A stretch of DNA of 64,000 nt from an uncultured delta proteobacterium (lineage in GTDB: Bacteria > Desulfobacterota > Syntrophorhabdia > Syntrophorhabdales > WCHB1-27). The stretch spans positions 64,001-128,000 of the forward strand of contig CAWEPK010000012.1 in NCBI GenBank assembly GCA_963810935.1, in the 5' to 3' direction. The stretch's first letter is position 1. Every line of letters begins with the position of its first letter. Made by a program: the position numbers and the translations under genes. The notes under the pieces were generated by a model, which made no database searches, had not been told where the DNA came from, and was given only the letters and a program-made list of their open reading frames with translations. Below, piece after piece: positions 50,086 to 59,776 of the stretch.

Positions 50086-50128
50086 TCGCTATTGAAGTGC
50101 TTGTAGCCCTGTGCAATAATTGGCTGTA
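50086..50128 (+). promoter_or_regulatory. Repeat B', likely sigma70 promoter of the gene at 50161
   Basis: TTGAAG ... AATAAT boxes ~35 bp upstream of the ATG. Confidence 0.5.
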
Positions 50129-50160
50129 TTCACAAAGACTGCGCAAAGGCGGGATGGCGG

Positions 50161-50943
50161 ATGGCCGTGCAGGGCCGCACTATAACCTTCGAAACCAAAT
50201 GCTACGAGAACGACTGGGAATACCTGCTCAAGGCAGGCCGCCTGAAAAAGATGAAGGACGCCTGCCGCTACACCTTCGACCGGTCGGTCCTCCACATCAA
50301 TAACGTCAACGACCCGGACGAGGTGGAGCGATGGGCCGCAAAGCTAATCGATCAGGGCGTAATCGACGCGTGCGTGCGCGTCTCCGACCGTGCGCAGGAG
50401 GCGCTCGCCTTCTTCGGCTGCGGGCCTTCCGCCTTCGGCAAAGGGTACTACTATTCAATAGCGGAGCTTACGGCCATTTACCTTTGCACGACGGACTACC
50501 TGCTCCATTTTTCGAGCGACACGATAATCGCCAACGTGAGTGAATGGATAGACGCCGCCATCGGGAAAATGGAGGCGGACCCGCGGATCATAGTCGCAAA
50601 CCCCACGTGGAACGACAAGTTCCACCGGGCCAGGGAGGAGTCGGTCGCACAAGACGAGGACTTCTTCATCGGCCACGGCTTCTCCGACCAGTGCTACCTC
50701 GTGCCGGTCGCCGCGTTCAGGCGCCCCATTTACGGGGAGACGAACGCAATATCGGAAAGCAGGTTCCCCTATTACGGGGGCGACTCCTTCGAAAAGAGGG
50801 TGGATGCCTATATGCGGAACAACGGCTTCCTGAGGATTACGAGCAAAACGGCCTCGTACCGCCACAGGAATTTTTCGCACAGCCCGATCAGGAGGAAGGC
50901 CGCCGTCTGCCTCGGGCTGCTCCGCTCGAAGATTGCGGGATAG
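50161..50943 (+). CDS. Hypothetical protein, possibly glycosyltransferase-like
   Basis: 260-aa ORF with host-like codon usage; DYLLHFSSD resembles a GT-A strand before a DxD position. Confidence 0.6.
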   Translation: MAVQGRTITFETKCYENDWEYLLKAGRLKKMKDACRYTFDRSVLHINNVNDPDEVERWAAKLIDQGVIDACVRVSDRAQEALAFFGCGPSAFGKGYYYSIAELTAIYLCTTDYLLHFSSDTIIANVSEWIDAAIGKMEADPRIIVANPTWNDKFHRAREESVAQDEDFFIGHGFSDQCYLVPVAAFRRPIYGETNAISESRFPYYGGDSFEKRVDAYMRNNGFLRITSKTASYRHRNFSHSPIRRKAAVCLGLLRSKIAG

Positions 50944-50967
50944 CCCGCCGCGGCATACGTTCTTCTC

Positions 50968-51393
50968 ATGGCCTTCTATGCCTTCCTTGCAGACCTTATC
51001 GTAACCGTCCACCTGTGCTACGTCCTGTTCGCGGTCGGGGGAGAGGCAGCCATACTCGCGGGCGCGATTTTCCGGTGGGCGTTTATCAAGCAGCCTGCCT
51101 TCCGCATCGCCCATCTCGCCGCAGTCGGGTTGGTAGCGGCCGAAGCGGCCCTGCGCCTGGTCTGCCCCCTCACGGAATGGGAATATAACCTCCGGCAACT
51201 GGCCGGCCAGACGGTCGAGAGGAAGATTTCGTTCGTTGCGCGGCTGGCCCGCCTCATCGTCTTCCACGACCTGTCACCCCATTTCCTCATGGTGCTGCAC
51301 GTAGGTTTCGGGGTGCTCGTCGTTCTGACGTTTATCTTTATTCCGCCGCGATTTGCCGGGAAGAAACGGGGACAACGGCCGGGGGTTTATTAG
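50968..51393 (+). CDS. DUF2784 family membrane protein
   Basis: LAD.IV..H..YV.F.V.G, FR.AHL, CPLT.WE..LR..AG. Confidence 0.85.
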   Translation: MAFYAFLADLIVTVHLCYVLFAVGGEAAILAGAIFRWAFIKQPAFRIAHLAAVGLVAAEAALRLVCPLTEWEYNLRQLAGQTVERKISFVARLARLIVFHDLSPHFLMVLHVGFGVLVVLTFIFIPPRFAGKKRGQRPGVY

Positions 51394-52904
51394 ACCTTCC
51401 TTTTGACCTTCTTGAAGACCTCTATGCCGGCCTTCTCCTGGAGGGGGCAGACGTATTCGCAGATACCGCAGCCCGTGCACGTGCTCTCGACGACATAGGG
51501 CTTCTTCAGGATAAGCTCTTTGCCGTCGTATCCCGTCTCGCGGACGCTCTCGAACCTGATCGCCTTGTCCGGGATGGGGCAGTGCTCCTCGCAGACCATG
51601 CAGTTCATTTTATTCGCATACGGCAGGCAGTGGTTCTTATCGAAGACCGCGAGGCCTATGACGGCCTTCTTCTTTTCCTCGATGGGCAGCTTCGGTATAG
51701 CGCCGGTAGGGCAGACCTGGCCGCACAGGCTGCAATTGTACTCGCAGTAACCGAGGCGCGGTATGAGCATGGGCGTGTAAAGCCCATAGAGTCCCGCGTG
51801 GAGCGACGCAGGATAGAGGGCGCTCCTCAGGCAGACCTTCATGCATTCCCCGCACCTGACGCACCTCTCAAGAAATGCGTCCTCGCCTCCGACACCCGGC
51901 GGCCGCAGCAGGTTCGTCTGCTGCTGCGGCGCTATCCTTTTGCCGACCATCCGGGAGAAGAACAGGCCCGATACGATGCCCGTCACGAAGAGGCGCCTTC
52001 CAGGCTCGAACGCGTGCAGGCCCTGCCTGATCGCCCTTGGCCGCAGGCGAAAGGCATAATGTGCGCGCTGTTGGGGGCATTCCCTCACGCACTCCATGCA
52101 AAGGACGCAGCCCTCTTTCGCGTAGTCGCCCTCTTTAAACGCGCCGGGGCAGCGCTCCGCGCAGATGCCGCAGTCGCTGCATAGCCTCGGGGGAATCCTC
52201 CTGAAGGGCGCGAGGCGGCCGACAAGGCCGAGAAGGACACCCGCCGGGCAGAGGTTCCTGCACCAGTTCCTCCGCTCGCACTTCTCAAGAAAAAGCACGC
52301 CGCCGAAGAAAAGGAGCGACACGAGGGCAAGCGGATAGAACGTGTCCCTGAAAGGCAGGACGTAGGCTTTGAGGAACCCGTAGCCGGGCTCCAGGTAGTC
52401 CCTCGAATCGCCCATGACGCCATAAAGCCCCACCCAGCCCCACTTCATAATGAAACCGAAGAGCGGATAGAGGGCAAACGTGAGGAAGCGGACGAGAATG
52501 GAAATAGGGTCGAGGATGCCCGCCAGGTTCATTCCGAACAGGGCTGCGAACAGGATGGTGAGGAGCACGTAATATTTGAGCCTGCCCCTCAAAAAGGAGA
52601 GCGGCCTGCTTTTGGGTATGCGGTCCGTGACGAGGTCGATGACCGTCCCCAGCGGACACATCCAGCCGCAGAAAAACCTGCCGAGAAAGAGCGCGCATAT
52701 AAGGACCAGGAGACCGGGAAGGAGAAGCAGCGTGAATCTCTTCGCGGACAGGATGTAGGTCGCGGCGACGAGGGGGTCCATCCTGAAGAAGGCGTTCATC
52801 GCCACCGATATCTCATCCTTGCCCCTGTAATCGGTGGTTATGAAGAGGAAAAGGAAGAACGCGAGGAAAAGTAATTGAGAGATGCGGGCGGGCTTCAGCT
52901 TCAT
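51390..52904 (-). CDS. Membrane 4Fe-4S polyferredoxin (NapH/MauN plus NapG/MauM-like)
   Basis: GRFFCGWMCPLG, WCRNLCP, several CxxCxxCxxxCP, LRPPG. Confidence 0.9.
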   Translation of the reverse strand: MKLKPARISQLLFLAFFLFLFITTDYRGKDEISVAMNAFFRMDPLVAATYILSAKRFTLLLLPGLLVLICALFLGRFFCGWMCPLGTVIDLVTDRIPKSRPLSFLRGRLKYYVLLTILFAALFGMNLAGILDPISILVRFLTFALYPLFGFIMKWGWVGLYGVMGDSRDYLEPGYGFLKAYVLPFRDTFYPLALVSLLFFGGVLFLEKCERRNWCRNLCPAGVLLGLVGRLAPFRRIPPRLCSDCGICAERCPGAFKEGDYAKEGCVLCMECVRECPQQRAHYAFRLRPRAIRQGLHAFEPGRRLFVTGIVSGLFFSRMVGKRIAPQQQTNLLRPPGVGGEDAFLERCVRCGECMKVCLRSALYPASLHAGLYGLYTPMLIPRLGYCEYNCSLCGQVCPTGAIPKLPIEEKKKAVIGLAVFDKNHCLPYANKMNCMVCEEHCPIPDKAIRFESVRETGYDGKELILKKPYVVESTCTGCGICEYVCPLQEKAGIEVFKKVKRKV

Positions 52905-52926
52905 GTCGTCCCCGGATTTTCCTCTC

Positions 52927-53817
52927 CTATGCGTGCACTACTTTTATCTTGTCGAGGTCCATTTCGCCAAGGCCCCTCTTGTGCGCGGCAACCGTTATCG
53001 GTATATCGTGGGGTTTCAGCCCGAAGAGGCCGGTCGCGTAGGCGTCGGCTGCGACTATATCGGTCGAGGCGATCACCTTGTTCAGAACCTTCACGTCCGC
53101 AAGGCTGCCGCCGGTCGGGCCGTGGGCCGTAAGGATGCGCGTCGCGTCGATGATGATGAGGTGGCTTTTGACCGTGCTGTTCAGGTCCGCCAGGGCGTCC
53201 TCGATCTGCCTGTGGATATAGCCCCTGTCGCCCCCCATAATTCCCATCATGTTCTTGCACGCCAGCGTCACCTGCGTGAGGGAGTGGTGCTTGGCGATGG
53301 GGACATTGATGATGACGTCAGCAGAGAGGGCGTCGCCGTAAATCTCCCATTCCTTCAGGAAGGTCCCCTTGATCTTCACCTTCTTGTAACGCTCGTCCTC
53401 CATATAGCGGACTTCGACGTTCTTCATGCCCTTGAGCGCCGCCTGGATGCCGCTGTCTTCGTAGCACCTGCGCATGTCGTTGCACGGGTTGTCAAAGACC
53501 TTCACCCTCTTCGCTCCGGCTTTCACGCACTCCTCGGCAATCGCTTTAACCACTGCGGGGTGCGTTGTAGCCGCCTGCTCGGGCCTCCTGTCCCAGCCCA
53601 TATTCGGCTTGATCACTACCGTGTTGCCCGATTTGACGAACCTGCCGAAGCCGCCGATGGCGTTGACCGCGCTTCGCGTTATAGCACCGTAGTCCTTGCC
53701 TTCCGCTACCGATACTATAGAAGGGCCCGCGCCCGCTGCGGTGGCTGCCCGGCTTCCTAAAAACCGGCTCATGACGAGCAACAAGCCCGAAAACTTGAGG
53801 AATTCTCTTCTGTTCAT
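52927..53817 (-). CDS. DUF362 family protein with Tat signal
   Basis: MNRREFLK; VVIKPN.GWDR, TTHP, INVP.AKHH, KN.MG, GPTGG. Confidence 0.88.
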   Translation of the reverse strand: MNRREFLKFSGLLLVMSRFLGSRAATAAGAGPSIVSVAEGKDYGAITRSAVNAIGGFGRFVKSGNTVVIKPNMGWDRRPEQAATTHPAVVKAIAEECVKAGAKRVKVFDNPCNDMRRCYEDSGIQAALKGMKNVEVRYMEDERYKKVKIKGTFLKEWEIYGDALSADVIINVPIAKHHSLTQVTLACKNMMGIMGGDRGYIHRQIEDALADLNSTVKSHLIIIDATRILTAHGPTGGSLADVKVLNKVIASTDIVAADAYATGLFGLKPHDIPITVAAHKRGLGEMDLDKIKVVHA

Positions 53818-53998
53818 CGCATAACCTCTTTACATTACTCTCCTATCCGCCAGAGGCGTACCGACGGATAAGGGCTACTCTATACAGGGTAGTCCTACAG
53901 TATATGACCGCCGGCCGCCAAAAAACAAGGGGGCTGGAAGCTAAACAACGCGCGCGCTTCCCCTTTTTTTTAATTGCCGTCTAAGTTATAGTAACGCC

Positions 53999-54883
53999 AT
54001 GAAAAAAACGTTCCGCCGCATCTTTATCGTCCCCGTCCTTTTCTCGGTCCTTTTCCTCGCCGGCCCCTGTTCTGCGGGAGCGGGGATGGAGAAGTTCGCC
54101 ATCGTTAGCGACACCCACGTGGGGTCGCCGTTCCATTCCGCCTATCCGGATATCATCCGCACATTGGAGGACCAGGGGGTAGAGACGATCGTCCACATAG
54201 GCGACGCCATAAACAACCCCGGCAACGCATACGAATGGGAACGGTTCCTGGAGATCACCGGGCCGGGCAAGACCCTTTACCTGGCGCCCGGCAACCACGA
54301 TATCCGCGGCAAAGACTCGTTCGGGACGTTCTCGCAGTTTTTCGACCGGCCTTACTCGTCTTTAGCGGACGGCGACACGCTTTTCGTCTTCCTGTGCACG
54401 GAGCTGCCGGGCGAGGAATCACGGATAGCGGGCGACCAGCTCGCATGGCTGAGGGGTGAGCTTGCGAAGCCGTTCCGGTACAAGATGGTCTTCATGCACG
54501 AGCCGCTCTTCCCTGCCCTGCCCCTTCACGGCCTCGACCGCCACAGGTCCGAAAGGGACGAACTGCACAGGCTCTTCGTCGAACGCGGCGTCTCCCTTGT
54601 GGTCGCAGGCCACGATCATCTCTATGAGCGCATGGTCAAGGACGGCATCGCCTACGTCATATGCAGCAGGGCGGGCGGCAGGAGCTGGCCGGGCAAGAAC
54701 GGCCATTCCATCGGCTACATACTCGCAGAGAAAACGGGCGATTTCTATGTCCTCACGGTGATGGACATGAGCGGCGATGTCAGGGACCGCATCGAAGTGA
54801 TAAGGACAAGCAGCCGCCCGAACGCGACTGCCGCTCTTCCCCGCGCAGAGGCGCCCGCCGGCCGGCCTGCGGCAAGCCCTTAG
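53999..54883 (+). CDS. Exported metallophosphoesterase
   Basis: SDTH, GD, PGNHD, MHEP, AGHDH. Confidence 0.9.
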   Translation: MKKTFRRIFIVPVLFSVLFLAGPCSAGAGMEKFAIVSDTHVGSPFHSAYPDIIRTLEDQGVETIVHIGDAINNPGNAYEWERFLEITGPGKTLYLAPGNHDIRGKDSFGTFSQFFDRPYSSLADGDTLFVFLCTELPGEESRIAGDQLAWLRGELAKPFRYKMVFMHEPLFPALPLHGLDRHRSERDELHRLFVERGVSLVVAGHDHLYERMVKDGIAYVICSRAGGRSWPGKNGHSIGYILAEKTGDFYVLTVMDMSGDVRDRIEVIRTSSRPNATAALPRAEAPAGRPAASP

Positions 54884-55098
54884 CCGTTCAAGACTCTTCT
54901 TATCGACATCCATAACGTCAATTCTTCGTTCCGATCCGCTCCCAGGCGGCGCCTGCTTTTTTGTCAACCGGCATATTTGACGGATTTACTGAGGCATATC
55001 ACGGTTGCTGCAACATACCGCAGCCAAAGTTTGTATACAACTGATACCAATTCTACCCGCCCCTTTTAAACATACATCAATTACTGCGAAAGTCTCCC

Positions 55099-55114
55099 TG
55101 GCAAGGTTGATGCA
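55099..55114 (+). promoter_or_regulatory. Sigma54 promoter candidate for the TRAP operon
   Basis: TGGCAAGGTTGATGCA (GG-N10-GC); GCTGC-N8-GCAGC palindrome at 55007-55024. Confidence 0.55.
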
Positions 55115-55259
55115 TTTCGGTTGCGGGGCATTTCGTGAGGTATGGGGCGGTTATATTCCACGCAGTGGAACTTTCTCGCAACCGGGAAGTAGCTGATCGG
55201 CCTGCATACAATCCACAATCCACAAAAGTTCCACATGACTTCCCCATAAAGGAGGCATT

Positions 55260-55745
55260 ATGGGTACCTGTCTGGAGAGTTTCCTTCGTGTCTTGCGAAT
55301 AGTGGTGACCGTCATAGGCGGCACCGCGCTAACATTCATGATGTTCCTCACGGTCGGGGACGTTGTAGGCCGGGCCGGCGGCCACCCGATAATAGGGACC
55401 TACGAGATCGTCGCACTCTGTCTCGCCCTCGTGATCGGCTTTACCATCCCCAAGGTCTCCCTGGAGCGAAAGCACGTCTACATGGAGTTCCTCCTCGAAC
55501 GCCTATCCCCACGCAGCAAGGCGGTGATGAATACGGTCACGCGGCTCCTCTGCCTCGGCCTTTTCATTCTCATCGGGTACAACATGTTCGCAGTAGGCAA
55601 TGAATTCCGCCTTTCCGGCGAGGTGTCCGCCACAATACGGATACCCTTTTTCCCGGTGGCTTATGGCGTCGGGGTCTGCTGCTACCTTGAATGTCTGGTC
55701 TTCATTCTGGACATAATGAAAATATGGAGAGGCGACTATGAATGA
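55260..55745 (+). CDS. dctQ: TRAP transporter small permease
   Basis: DVVGR...PI.G.YE, HVYMEFL, four TM segments. Confidence 0.88.
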   Translation: MGTCLESFLRVLRIVVTVIGGTALTFMMFLTVGDVVGRAGGHPIIGTYEIVALCLALVIGFTIPKVSLERKHVYMEFLLERLSPRSKAVMNTVTRLLCLGLFILIGYNMFAVGNEFRLSGEVSATIRIPFFPVAYGVGVCCYLECLVFILDIMKIWRGDYE

Positions 55746-57043
55746 GATCAGCATCATCGGCATTGCAGCGCTCGCAGCGCTCCTTTTGCTTTTTGCCACC
55801 GGCATAGAGCTCGGTTTCGCCATGGCCCTGATAGGGTTTGCCGGATTCGCCTACCTGAAGGGTTTCCCGTCCGCCATGAACCTCCTCAGCAGGGACCTCT
55901 TCGACGTCATTACCAACTATGGCTACACGGTCTTCCCCCTCTTTATACTCATGGGGCAAATCGGCTTTCACGCAGGCATTGCGGTGCGGCTCTATAACTC
56001 GGCGAATAAGTTCATCGGCCATATCCCCGGAGGCCTCGCGATGGCCACAGTCCTCGGCGCTACGGGTTTCAAGGCCATATGCGGCTCCTCAGCCGCCACT
56101 TCGGCCACCTTTGCGAGCGTGGCCATCCCTGAGATGGACAGGTTCAACTACGACAGGAGACTGTCAACGGGCATCGTCGCTACGGTAGGCACCCTGGGCG
56201 TCATCATACCGCCTTCGGTCGTCCTCATTATATACGGCATCCTGACCGAGCAGTCGATAGGCCAGCTTTTTCTGGCGGGGATCCTCCCCGGCCTTATCAT
56301 TGCCCTTTTCTTTATCGGGATCATTTACGGTTGGGCGCGCATCAACCCGCAACTCGCCCCGAGATCGGAGAAGTCCACCTGGGGCGCCAGGATCAGGTCT
56401 TTGCCTGAGGTCATGTGGATACTGGTCGTTTTCTGTCTCGTGGTCGGCGGTATCATGGCGGGCTTCTTCACGCCGTCCGAGGCAGGCGCTATAGGCACCT
56501 TCGCAGTCCTGGCCCTTTCTGTCCTTAAGCGGAACCTGAATTTCAAGAAATACGCGGCCTCCATTTCAGAAGCGATCAGCACGGCAGGCATGCTCCTTAT
56601 GCTGATAGCCGGGTCCACCATCCTGGGCCATTTCATCGCCGTAACGGGCATCCCTCAGCAGGTGGCCGACTGGGTGGTCGGCCTCCCCCTGAACCGCTAC
56701 GTCATCATGATAATGATATGCCTGGTGTACGAGATCGGCGGCTCTTTCATAGACGACCTCGCCTTCATGATACTGGCGACCCCCATATTCTACCCTGCCG
56801 TGCTCAAGCTGGGCTTTCGACCCCATCTGGTTCGGCATCACAATCGGAGTCGTGGTCATGATAGGCGTCGTCATCCCGCCGGTCGCCATTTGCGTCTTCG
56901 TGGTGAAGAACATCACCAAGGAGCCGATGGGGAGGATATATAAAGGGGTCACGCCCTTTCTCCTCTCTCTGGTCGTCGTCTGGGGCATGATGCTGGCCTT
57001 CCCGCAGCTCGCGCTGTGGCTCCCCTCGCTCTTCTTCAAGTAA
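55738..57043 (+). CDS. dctM: TRAP transporter large permease; +1 frameshift near 56816
   Basis: PLFILMG, GGLAMA, GTLG.IIPPS, SIGQLFLAG, TPSEA, DPIWFG. Confidence 0.92.
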
Positions 57044-57118
57044 GAAGGGCGGCCGGGCGAACAGGAGATATCGAATACAAATACGTTGGGTCAACACAAT
57101 CATAAAGAGGAGGAGCAC

Positions 57119-58182
57119 ATGGTAAGAAGATTTATGTTAGCAGTCTGCTGCATCGCCCTGGTCTTTGCAGCGTATACCCCCGCGCGCGCCGCGGCGCCGA
57201 TAAGGCTCCAGTTCGCCGGCTACCATCCGCCGGTGCACATGGTTTCTGTCCTGATGACCAATTTCTGCGATGAGGTCAACAAAAGGTCGGCGGCAAGGTA
57301 ATAGTCACGCCGTACACGGGCGGTACGCTCCTGTCGGCTACCAAGATGGCAGCCGGGGTCGCAACAGGCATCGCCGACATCGGTTTTTCCCATTGTTCGT
57401 ATTCCAGAGGACGCTTCCCCGTCATGGAGATCATGGAACTGCCCCTCGGCTTCCCGAGCAGTTGGATAGCCACCCATGTAGCCAACGATTTCTACGAGAA
57501 GTTCAGGCCGAAGGAATGGGACGCTTACCATCTTATCCTTTTCACGACCAGCCCGGTCAACGTTATCCAGACGGTTAGCAAGCCCGTGAACAAGCTTGAA
57601 GACATGAAAGGAATGAAGATCAGGGGCACGGGCAGGAGCGGAGACATCGTCCGCGCCCTCGGCGCAGTCCCAATGCCGATAGAGACGCCCGACCTGTACG
57701 AGGCGATCAGGAGAGGCGTAGTGGACGGGGCCTACCTGACTATGGAGACGTACAAAGGCTTCAAGACCGGCGAGCTGCTGAAGTACAACACGGATTCGTG
57801 GAAAGTGGGCAGCGTCTACGCGTTTTACATAATAATGAACAAGGCGAAATGGAACGCCCTGCCCTCGGAAGAGCAGAAGATATTCACCGACGTCGGCAAG
57901 GAGTTCGTCGAGAAATACGCCGTAGGCTTTAACAATATCGATATCGAAGGAAGGAACTTCTTCATCAAGCAAGGAGGCAAGGACATCCCCCTAACGGAAG
58001 CTGAGAGCGCCAAATGGGTAAAGGCCGTCCAGCCCGTGATAGCCGACTTCAAAAAGGACATGGTATCGAAGGGCTTCAAGCCGGCCGAGGTGGACGGTTG
58101 GCTGGCGTTCATCAAAGAGAGAATAGAATATTGGAAAGGCCAGGAAAAGGCCAAAAAAATACCTACCCCGTTTACCTACTAG
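57119..58182 (+). CDS. dctP: TRAP substrate-binding protein; -1 frameshift near 57287
   Basis: Signal peptide, GIADIG, LEDMKGMKIR, LGAVP, YEA..RGVVDG, MNK.KW..LP. Confidence 0.9.
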
Positions 58183-58205
58183 TTAGTATCGCACCTGTTA
58201 TGAAG

Positions 58206-58251
58206 CGAAGGACCGCACCCTATGAACCGGGTACGGTCCTTCGTCTTTTTA
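58206..58251 (+). terminator. Intrinsic terminator after dctP
   Basis: cgaaggaccgcaccc...gggtacggtccttcg followed by tcttttt. Confidence 0.8.
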
Positions 58252-58333
58252 TCCGCGGCCGGTTACGCACGCCTTAGTCTTGCCCTTGCCCGTCAACCCT
58301 TGGCGTTTGGTAACTTCGTGATTACAATCTTGA

Positions 58334-59740
58334 GTGTGTTCTTATCCACCCAACGGGCCTCCGGTCCTTAGGCTATTCTTCCTCTGGTCTCTCGCTCTTC
58401 TATTCACACTGACGTGCGCTACACCGCCCGCACCCGACGTAGCCTCCCTGACGCGGGCGGAGGGCACGGGCGCGCCGGTAGTTTTCGGTCCCGGAGGGCC
58501 GTTGCCTGCCGGGACGTCCGAAGCAATCCTCAACCGGGAAGAGCCGGGCCCCGGCTCGGCAGCCCTCGTCAAGAGGACTACCGCCCTTATGGAGCGCCTG
58601 AGCGGCCACCCGATGACCGAAGGGAACAAAGTCACCCTCCTGGTGGACGGCCCCCAGACGTACCGGGCCATGTTCGACGCCATATCCGCAGCGAAGAACC
58701 ACATCAATTTCGAGACGTACATCTTCAGCGACGACGCCGTCGGCCGCAGGATGGCGGACCTCCTGATCAGCAAGCAGGCCGAGGGCGTGCACGTCAATTT
58801 CATGTACGATGCGGTGGGCTCGCTCGGCACGCCTGCGGCTTTCTTCGACCGCATGAAGGCGGCGGGGATCAACATCACTCAGTTCAATCCTGTAGACCCC
58901 GCGAAGCTCACGAAGAAACTGACGATCACGCAACGCGACCACAGGAAGGTGCTTGTTGTGGACGGTAGAGTGGGCATCACCGGAGGGGTCAACGTCAGCA
59001 GCGTATATTCCCGCTCTTCCTCCCCTTCGCCCTATTCCGGCAAATCGAAGGAAGGCTGGCGCGATACGGACGTGATGATGGAAGGCCCGGCGGTCGCGGA
59101 GTTGCAGTCTACTTTTATACACGCGTGGCGCGGCCAAAAAGGGCCTCCCCTCCCGGAGCTCGATTACTTCCCCCGCCTGGAGGCCGAAGGGAGCGCCCTC
59201 GTCCAGGTCGTGAGCAGCTTCCCCGGCGAGACGCACAGGACTACGTACGTCATGTACGTGGCAGCCTTGCAGAACGCGCTCTACTCGATAGACCTTACAA
59301 CGCCCTATTTCGTGCCCGACCACCAGACAATGGAGGCGATCACCCACGCGGCGCGGCGCGGCGTGCGCGTGCGGATCGTACTGCCGCGCCTCAGTGATTC
59401 ATACCTGACGCTGAACGCCGGGCGCGCGCGTTACGAGCACCTTTTGAAATGCGGGGTCAAGGTCTATGAAAGGCGCGGCAGGATGATCCACGCGAAAACT
59501 GCCGTGATCGACGGCGCCTGGTCGACGGTAGGCTCTGCGAACTTCGACACCTGGAGCTTCGTCCGCGACAATGAAATCAATGTGGTCGTGATCAATACGC
59601 GCTTCGCGGATGAGCTTGAAAGGCTGTTCGAGCAGGACCTGGCTGCCTCCGACGAGATAACACAGGCGAAATGGTCCGAAAGACCTGTTTCCCAGAAGGT
59701 CAAGGAATTCCTGGCCCGCCTCATCTCGCCCTGGCTTTAG
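58334..59740 (+). CDS. cls: Cardiolipin synthase / PLD family
   Basis: Two HKD motifs (HRKVLVVD, HAKTAVID), GNKVTLL.DG, WRDT, VGSANFD. Confidence 0.9.
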   Translation: MCSYPPNGPPVLRLFFLWSLALLFTLTCATPPAPDVASLTRAEGTGAPVVFGPGGPLPAGTSEAILNREEPGPGSAALVKRTTALMERLSGHPMTEGNKVTLLVDGPQTYRAMFDAISAAKNHINFETYIFSDDAVGRRMADLLISKQAEGVHVNFMYDAVGSLGTPAAFFDRMKAAGINITQFNPVDPAKLTKKLTITQRDHRKVLVVDGRVGITGGVNVSSVYSRSSSPSPYSGKSKEGWRDTDVMMEGPAVAELQSTFIHAWRGQKGPPLPELDYFPRLEAEGSALVQVVSSFPGETHRTTYVMYVAALQNALYSIDLTTPYFVPDHQTMEAITHAARRGVRVRIVLPRLSDSYLTLNAGRARYEHLLKCGVKVYERRGRMIHAKTAVIDGAWSTVGSANFDTWSFVRDNEINVVVINTRFADELERLFEQDLAASDEITQAKWSERPVSQKVKEFLARLISPWL

Positions 59741-59776
59741 GACCGCGCAGACGCCGGAAGAAGAAAAGGGTGCGGA

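Noticed and set aside
4890..57290. Programmed ribosomal frameshifting or phase variation at the split genes
   Set aside because: There are no slippery heptamers or long homopolymer tracts at the junctions, and the gene families are unrelated.
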